DNA of 61,392 nt, the filler included, from Choristocarpus tenellus KU-1152 (taxonomy: Eukaryota > Protista > Phaeophyceae): the NCBI GenBank assembly GCA_964200185.2. It is 10 parts of 10 records of this genome, joined end to end, with 100 filler letters (N's around TTAATTAATTAA, not from the genome) between each part and the next. Parts side by side here need not be neighbours in the genome. Positions count along the whole stretch, not along the records: positions 47,177 to 58,563 come from CAXNAD020002346.1; positions 58,664 to 61,392 come from CAXNAD020025247.1; 8 more parts are not named here. One strand, written 5' to 3'. The notes beneath the pieces were generated by a model. The model searched no databases and was not told where the DNA came from. It saw only the letters and a program-made list of their open reading frames with translations. The first letter of the stretch is position 1, and the number at the start of each line of letters is the position of its first letter. Below are positions 53,194-61,392 of this stretch, piece by piece. The position numbers and the translations under genes are program-made.

Positions 53194-53749
53194 CGTTCAT
53201 GTAGAGGACAATGTAGAGAGGATTATGCTGTATGTGCACCGACAAGACTTGTTGGTACTCATAGAGGAGGTGGTTTGAGGAGAGCGTGTTGAGTATGAAA
53301 GGATATGAGTTTTATCAATCTGAAAAATCGTTGAGGTGTTACAAACCATCAACACTAACCGAAAAAAATGTTGTACAATAAGAAAGAACACATGCCTCCA
53401 ATAACACTTCCTGGTGATCTCTACTTCGTGCTTGACCTCAACGTACCAATACATACGTACGTACGTGTATATATACTTTTACTATTGCTAAAATTATACC
53501 TGGTGACATGTTGGAGATACATCAAAGTAAAAATCAAAACAATGTCATTAGATCTAAAATTTATACTCATTTAGATGCAACTACTGTAACTGTATTATTG
53601 TTGTATTGTATATTATTGGTTGCCGTTGATGGGAAGACATCTATTATCTTTTGTCCAAAAAATTGTACCATTTGAAAAATATATATATATATATCGACCA
53701 ACTGTAAATGATTGATAGTTGTAACGTGTGCACTATTTACCTGCCATAC

Positions 53750-55359
53750 CTCACCGAGGGTGGGCGAGGACCTAGGGAAACACCCCAAGATTCTGTGAGT
53801 CCCCCTTGGTATCCACCTACCTGATGTGTCTATCTTGAAATCCATGGCGCGTCTCAAGAGAGTCCCTTGTGGAGAAACGGACACTTACCTTCATGAATAG
53901 GACTAGACAGCCCCCTTCCTACAGTAACCTCCTTCCTCTATCCCCCCTGAATATGTAGTATATGGTATTGGAATTGGCCTCAAATCTTTCGTCGAAAACA
54001 TGTTTTTGTAGAAGGGGTCTTTTTACTCTCATCATAGTCTTTATCTCAACACCTACATGGTGGGAGAGTTTTGGATAAGCAAAGTTAGTTGTTCTTGGAT
54101 GCGAGCCAAAATAATTGAGACGAAGGCAAGTTCGGACCCTTTTGCATTCTAAGACATTTTTCATTACGCTGTACATTACAACCTGTTTCATTGCTCTATG
54201 TACGCAATAATTGCTGTACGCAAAATTGTATTCCTCCCTTTCCACATGAAAAAACGTGACATAAAAATAAAAGACACCACAATTGTATGAAATCGAGTGT
54301 TTTCCTATTTCTTCTCGGGATCCTTAAAATGTTACCTTGCCACCCTGTCGATTACTTTGGATCATGCCACTCACGACTGAAGTAACAACATGGTCCAATC
54401 TTCCGGCCAACTCTTCTCCAAAACTTCCCTCACATGCTGGGCCTGTCTCAAGTACATTACAATATTCTTTTGGGGTGCATGTTCGATGCTACCCATTGTA
54501 AAAAGGTACTAGAGGCATGTGCGTTGAAACTGGTGAGGGGTGCTGTAGTGTAGGAGGCATTGGAGGACGTGCTACTTCTATAAGAGTTACTATTGCTTCA
54601 AATAATACAGACGGGGTATTGTTGTTCTGTGTGGGTGCGTCTGTGACTTGAGGGATGCCATATCGTAAGAGGTGCTTTTGATAAGTAAGTTTCTATATCC
54701 ATTTAAGAGTATACAATGTGTTGTACGACTAGGGTCAGGGTCGAGGATGGGTTTAAGAACAGAGTATTGGTGTTACACATATCTATATAGGTGTGGTGTG
54801 TCTATTGCACGTTAGGGGGAGTACACAGAGGAAGCGACGTGTTTTATTCACACAGCTTGGTCAGACTATTGAGTTGAGTTTCCATGGAGTCAGCAGGTGG
54901 AATTGCACAAAAAATATATTTGCACATTATTTTTCTGCTTATAATTATTTTTTGTACTTCGATTATATCCCTGTTGATACTCTAAACATAAATTTCAAAA
55001 GGAAATGGATACGCACCTACTTCGAAGTAAGTTTTTCGTTTCTCATGTGTAGGAACTGGAGATGTTGGAACCCCAGGAGATATAACAGAAATCGGTGAGA
55101 AAGGATGAACCTCTCTGATTGAAAGCAGCAGAGGGTCAGTATGGCCAGGACTGTCTATGCCAGTCCAGATATTGTCCTCGTTGATATACGAATACTTCTT
55201 GATTGAGGTTCTTCTTGTTGCTTCTTCTGCGCTATTGCTGTTTGCCCCTTCGGCCCCCCAGTCGTTTTTCTGTTTTGAAGTAGTACCATCAGATGAGTAT
55301 GACACACCATATAAAATAGGCAGAATGAATAAAGTCAATGCACGAGTAGCAGGGCACAC
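53750..55359 (-). CDS. Hypothetical multi-exon protein, possibly with a signal peptide
   Basis: 125-aa ORF 55359-54982 with a hydrophobic N-terminus (ALTLFILPILYG) and candidate GT-AG exons near 54443-54336 and 53919-53889. No recognised domain. Confidence 0.25.
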
Positions 55360-55806
55360 ACTGGGGATAGTCCGACCAATCGTTGAGTAGAGCGGTTGTA
55401 GCCTACCTTTGAGACCACAGGCAGGCTAAAAGTGATCCAAACCAGTATGTGCAAGAATTGGCATCATTATGCTATTTCTTTGCAAAGATCAATATGTTTT
55501 GGTTTTAATTATGCGCCTGTACAAGGATATATTATTGTAGTGTGTGTAACAGCTACATCCAGGTCCTGTGAGGTAAAGTTCTGGTTGTATACTGGACACT
55601 ACTCTGCCGGGGAGTAGCTCTTAATAGCGTCCAAGGGATGCATAATCCCAACTGGTCTGTGTGTTCTGAGCCATCAGATCTTATATGAGGTTTTGTATAG
55701 GCATATTTGAGAATTCAGGGCTTTTTGACACCTCCTACCCAACACTTCATTCCTGTACCTCATATATACAACTCCCCTCAAGAGACTCTGACTGCAGAAA
55801 AGGAAA

Positions 55807-56060
55807 GAGTCCAATTATCTTAGAGAGCAAAGCCGTGTTCGTTCGGGGACCGAAATCCAATGTTGTGATTTTGATGTAATTTTGGCTATCGTATTAGGAA
55901 GTGTCAACATCCTTGTTCCAGGCACACCTTTTCATAACGTATACATTTTACCTACTTTGAGACGTTTCGGAGTAGGAAAATGCCTTACAAAAAACGCGGG
56001 AAGTCAAGTCCCAAAGGGACAAACAGGGCAAAACTCGTACCCTCTATGATACTTTAACTC
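55807..56060 (-). mobile_element. MITE family B, full copy in reverse orientation
   Basis: Reverse-complement homology to 57061-57319. Termini GAGTCCAATTATCTTAGAG / CTCTATGATACTTTAACTC with AAA on both flanks. Confidence 0.75.
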
Positions 56061-57060
56061 AAAGACAAATGTTAGTCAACATGAGCGTGAAGTCACCCTT
56101 AAGAGTAGTTGACGTGCAAGTGAAATACGGAGTAGAAGGGAGCCAGGGGGCCCTCGAACACTCAACGACCCCGTTCTCAATCTCCCCTATCTCAGTGTAC
56201 ATATATATGTACATAGTTTTTATATTCCCTGTGATTGATCCAGGTGCTAAGGGTAAGACGAAGGTGCTGGTCACCACCATGTGATGACTATAGCTCATCA
56301 CGTAGATTATATCGCTGTGATGGGGGCTGATGGGAACAATATGCAAGAGAGTACCTTTGCCGTGGGTCACACTGTGTCATCTAAGGTGTGCAGCAAGTAT
56401 GGATGTATATATGCATTCCGTGTTGTGCATGAACTAAGATAGAGGTAGGTACGAATTGCGTCTGATTAGTATATTTCTTGCGGGAATTCAATGATTAATG
56501 TTAATATATCCAGTGAGTAATTGGAAGAAATGTCATTGAACATCAATGGATTGGGTATATTTTCGTTCGTTCGAGCGATTTGTACGCCTTGCTCCATGCT
56601 CTACGGCATGTTCTGATTCTATATAGCTAACGAAAATCGATGAAAATTGTTAAGACAATCTCGTACATACATTTGTCAAACCTTCCATTCCACAACACCA
56701 ACAACGATGGGAACAAAGTGGGCGAGGAGAAAAGGCATGGAAAGGAAATGTTGACAACGAAAGCAAACCTTGTCTGTTCATCCTAGACAAGTGAAAAGGA
56801 TACACTTGCTCCGCATCCGAAAATATCAGGCAAAAACGTTCGTGATCAACGAGGAACGCTAAGGTTGTAGAGTGTGTGCTGCTACTATGGTAGGTAAAAT
56901 ATGAAGCACTGCTGACAGCTCATCATCTGAATGGTATGGGTCGGTGTAAGCAAGTGTCAAGTGTTGGTGATGGATGAGGCCACACCTATTGATGGTAGTT
57001 GCTGGCAACGGGAAATCAATGATTGAAGGTTGGATAGAGGGGCAGGACTCAGAACATACG

Positions 57061-57319
57061 GAGTGAAAGTATCTTAGAGGGTACGAATTTTGTCCTGTTT
57101 GTCCATGTGGGGCTTGGCTTCCCATGAGTTTTTATTTACATTTTTTACCTACTCCAAAATGTTTCAGAGTAGGTAAAATGTATACGTTATGAAAAGGAGT
57201 GTCCAGACAAGGATATTGACATCTCCTAACAAATATATGGTCAAAATTACATCAAAATTGCATCATCAGATTTTGGTCCCCAAATGGACGCGACTCTACC
57301 CTCTAAGATACTTTGGCTC
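57061..57319. mobile_element. MITE family B, full copy
   Basis: Perfect 18-bp inverted repeat AAAGTATCTTAGAGGGTA...TACCCTCTAAGATACTTT. Interior homologous to 34948-35191 and 55807-56060. Confidence 0.85.
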
Positions 57320-58563
57320 CTTTTAATGAGTGCAAACGTCTATTAACTATGGCGCCAGTGTTAAGCTTTCCAGATTTTACTCGAGAGTTCTTTATTCACG
57401 TGGACGCTAGTGATGTTGGCATGGGAGCATTTTTGGCACATAAAAATGAGGATGATAGTTTCCAAATTGTAGCCTATCATAGTGCCCTTTTTAAGTCAAC
57501 CCAAAGACGATACTCAGCAACTCAGAAAGAATGTCTGGCCGTCATCCTTGCCATCACACATTGGCGCCCATATATTTGGGGAAAGCACTTTACAGTTGTA
57601 AGTGATCATTCAGCTTTACGTTGGTTACATACAATGCAAGATACTTCCAATATGTTGACCAGGTGGGCCTTAGCCTTACAAGCTTTTGACTTCACAGTTT
57701 TACATAAACCGGGACGTTTACACTATATTCCGGATATGTTATCCCGAACACGGTTGGAGGAATTTATGTTGGATGAAACACCACTTCCACTAGCTCCACT
57801 GTGCCGTAATATAGGCCAAACAGAGTCGGATGTCTCCACACCCAAGGTTTACCCTGCATATGATCTATCAGTGGATAAACTAGGTGAAATTACCAGAGTA
57901 CAAAATGATACGGAACTATTCACTAGCGCCGTTCATGTTTTCCCAACAGTGGACCCTGAAGTACTATTCAAAGCTCAACAAGCTCAATATGGAGACTATT
58001 TCAAATATTTGGCTAATCCAGAAAAAGCCCTCTTACCAAAAAATGAAACAATGTATACCATGTCTTACTTTTTCACACAAGAAATGGAAGGCAAACAGAT
58101 GTTATACAAATCATATCAACCCGGTCACCTTCGAAAGAACGATAAATTCCGAGATCAATTAGTGGTACCTACTGAGATACAAGGCTTAATACTTCATGCA
58201 CTTCATGATCATAAAGTCTCAGGACACCTTGCATTCAAACACACTTTTGACCGAATTCGTGACCGTTTTTGGTGGCCCACTTTACATAAAGATGTCCGAG
58301 CTTGGTGTGAAACATGTCAATCATGCCAAAGCCGCAAAATAACCCCTTCTAAACCATCAAACCCTCCAGGGCATATGCCAGTAACACGCCCATTTCAGAG
58401 AGTGGCAATTGATTTGGTAAAGTACAAAACTCAATCAGAGAAAAATACTTATGTTTTATCTGCTGTCGACCATTTAACGAGGTTTGCTTTGCTCAGTGCT
58501 ATTCCTGACAAACGAGAAGCAACTGTAGCAAAAGCATTAACAGAACGAGTGTTTTCTATTTTT
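57313..58563 (+). mobile_element. pol: Ty3/Gypsy LTR retrotransposon pol fragment (RNase H + integrase), uninterrupted ORF
   Basis: APVLSFPDF..F.IHVDASDVGMGAFL, YSATQKECLAV, FTVVSDHSAL and LTRWAL (RNase H). H...GH...RFWWP...C..C (integrase zinc finger). RPFQRVAIDL and VDHLTRF (rve core). RH-then-INT order indicates Gypsy. Runs into the contig end. Confidence 0.95.
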
Positions 58564-58963
58564 NNNNNNNNNNNNNNNNNNNNNNNNNNNNNNNNNNNNN
58601 NNNNNNNTTAATTAATTAANNNNNNNNNNNNNNNNNNNNNNNNNNNNNNNNNNNNNNNNNNNNGGGGGTGGGTCGGGGGGGGGGGGGGGGAGGTATTTAT
58701 GCCGTATCTGTGTTTTTTTCTTCTCTGATGTGTTCAATTTATGGTGTGCTGCAACACTCTCGGAACGAAAAAAAATAAATAAATTAAAATTAAAAAGTTG
58801 GGAGTGATTTTTGAGGCACAAGAATTGAGTCGTATCTCCTTTCGCATCCAGTGGACTCTGAAGGTAGTCTCTGGTAGCCTCACCATCCACCTCTTCTTCT
58901 GCTGCACTAGTTGGATTGGTATTCACCAGAGTTGTGTGACTTCATTTAGTGCTGCGCTGAAAG

Positions 58964-60860
58964 GGGTTAGGGTTAGGGTTAGAGGTCTGAGGAAGTGGAT
59001 CACAGATAGTCATCAAATGTGTCTATTGAAGTAGTGTATTGATGAGTCAGGTAGAGCCAGGTTTAAGTAGGAAGACCTCTTTGATGTTTTTCATTAGAGC
59101 TCGACCAACTACCACCCTTGTTGTCTCAAGTCTTTGTTAAGAGGTTGTAAAGTGGAGGGAGAGGAAATGATGCACACAAGAAATGGGGAAGAAAACTACA
59201 TATAAATGGAAGACTGGACACTGCAACCTAAACTTAGACCATTGGAAATAAGTGGAAGATGACAATTCATGGTTTGGAGTTGGATTCCAAAGAGTCATCT
59301 TTCTGTTGTGCAGAAAGCGATGTCTGTAACTCATTCAGGACACTGATTTCATGGCATGCGCCCAATGATTGCCGTAATTGTCTCAGCACCAATTGTGGAC
59401 TAGAGGGGAGGGTACAGCATGGAGTTCACTATTCGGGTTAGTGGTATTGGTATTGTTGTAACCCTAACCCTAAGGTCATGGGTACTGGTAGTTGTAGTGA
59501 TATTTCTGTTTGTGTAGTGAAGTGAAGGGAAGGGAAGTTCTAAGTTCAGTCCTGGTTCAGTTGATATGTTTCTGCATTGATTTTGATGCCATAAGAGTTT
59601 TGTGGGAGTTCTACCTTCTTGGTAGGCATTCTTCGACCGAGGGGTGCCGTGGTACTAGATCCCTAACCCTTGTATAATATAGTGCTGTGGGGCGATTTAC
59701 TCTATCGTTTTTGGCCTTAATTAGCTATTATTATTATTAATCTGTAGGTGCAGAAGTGGGTCAGATCAATTGACGCCCCAGTGATACGCTGATTATGACC
59801 TGACTTTCCACCAAGGGCCAGGAGTACTTTTCCAATCTAAATGTGTCTGTGTGCATTCAACCCAGATAGATCCCACTTAATGAGAGAGATCATAATGCAA
59901 CTTAATGCAAACCCTCGCTTTGACAAGCATGTCCTTCCTCACCCCTACGGTGGCTCTTCCTGTTTTTCGTGATGTGGTGTTATCCTTATCCACAGTTTAC
60001 ATACATCCCTCGCCTGTCCTGGAAATCCCTAATCCATACGGCTTAATTGTTTATTTTTTATCAAGTACAAGAGTAACGTTCATGCTTAATTGTTAGGGTT
60101 AGGGTTATTTATTTTTTATCAAGTACAAGAGTATCGTTCACGCTTAATTGTTAGGGTTAGGGTTAGGGTTGTTTTCGGTGAGAAGTGTTTAGAGGATGAG
60201 ATCACCCCAGATTCTGAGGTTGCCATCGCGATCTCAAATGCTCGCCCCTAACCCATTCACTGAGATCACTGTCCCCCATACGATGACTGTGCTGTACCTA
60301 TGATTGATTAGAATACTATGTGCTGGAGCCACTGACTGCGGGGACACTGGAGACAATTGAGAAGGGCGTGCAGACCTCGTACCGTAGGGTTTCTGCCTTT
60401 AGGGCCAAGGACATCTTTGAAGGGTCGCCTGCTCGGCCCACAGGCATCAACATGGAACCCCTGCAAGTCTTGGTCAAGGGGGAAGAGGCCTCGGTGAGTG
60501 ATGGGAAGTGATGGAAGGCGTATCGAGGCAGAAGTCGCTAATCTTACTACGGTGTGCGTTGTGTTGATTGGGGTTGAGGGTTAGGGTGCTAAACGTTTGA
60601 AGAGTTTCCTGTCATCGGATGATCATTTATTTATTTTTCTTAGTTTGAAGTAGCAGGTTAGGGTTAGGGTTGGCTATTTGCCTTCCTGGTGAGTGGGATT
60701 TGTAATATATTTTAGAGTACTTGGGGGGGTTGGGGTTATTATCATTTTTGCCTTGTTTGTAGGTATTCAAAGTTGATTTGTTTTTAAACTTCCAATGGGA
60801 ACCAGTTTGTTTTTTATTCTGGTCCCAATTTTTTTTTTGTTTAGGGTTAGGGTTAGGGCT
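58964..60860. repeat. Cluster of short interstitial telomeric (TTAGGG)n tracts
   Basis: Tracts at ~58964-58983, 59461-59473, 60093-60107, 60150-60170, 60575-60587, 60656-60672 and 60841-60858. Confidence 0.85.
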
Positions 60861-61392
60861 CAGATCCATCTTTTTCTTTTCAAGGTGAATGGTGTCGCCT
60901 ATAGGTGTGTATGCTATGAGGGGTTGTATCTTTGAGGTGTCCCAGTGAGTCATAGACGTGCTATTGGTTGGTATTGTTACAAATGTGACGGTGATCACAA
61001 GGAGATGTGAAATATTTACAGGAAAAACCTTCAGATGGTGAAATATTTACAATATATACTCTTGTCTGGGTCAGGCTTTTTGACCTCTTAATTTTAAAGC
61101 GGTTTCTTGTTAGGCCTACTCCACCAAGTTACTTACAACTTCGCCTCAAACGAGTCAAGGTGGAAAGGTGCTCTAGGGGTATTTGATTATTTTTGGTTGT
61201 TGGATGTCTCTTGAACCCTGTTAGAGTTTGTGTATCATCACATGAAAGTTGTATTCATGTTGTATTCAGTTTGTGTTTTTTGTGTTCCGAGGTACGTACT
61301 CCTCACATCTCTTTCCCTCCCCCCCCCCCCCCTCCACTTTACCCTTTCCTTTTTTTTTTGACTTATTGTCCAATTTTTCTTTTGCTCTTTCG

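Noticed and set aside
1-61392. Treating the genes as a co-localised cluster or operon-like system
   Set aside because: Identical artificial spacers join ten independent contigs, so adjacency across spacers has no biological meaning.

Overview
This window is not one genomic locus. It is ten unrelated eukaryotic contigs joined by identical 100-bp artificial spacers (N44-TTAATTAATTAA-N44) at 7012, 17081, 20792, 27427, 32834, 38761, 42054, 47077 and 58564. The genome is intron-rich and TE-rich. Dispersed TTAGGG tracts and a CCDC13-like gene fit a flagellated protist, possibly a stramenopile/ochrophyte, but that is inference. Most ORFs in the track are exon fragments or noise. Phase-consistent splicing by hand gives six gene models: a CCCH zinc-finger gene, the 3' end of a histidine acid phosphatase, a CCDC13-like gene, the 5' end of an HhH-GPD DNA glycosylase-like gene, a complete 7-exon atypical SDR (SDR_a3-like) with a GC-AG intron, and the standout. 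The standout is a 5'-truncated minus-strand gene (16392-10208) in which an NB-ARC/STAND NTPase core (Walker B, sensor-1 region, RNBS-C, GxP) is joined directly to a STAT-type linker and SH2 domain. This looks like an NLR-like protein with a phosphotyrosine-binding SH2 in place of a repeat sensor. Mobile DNA includes an open Ty3/Gypsy RNase H-integrase ORF, a decayed Ty1/Copia with a PBS and a nested insertion, a Tc1-like remnant, and two MITE families sharing PIF/Harbinger-like termini.
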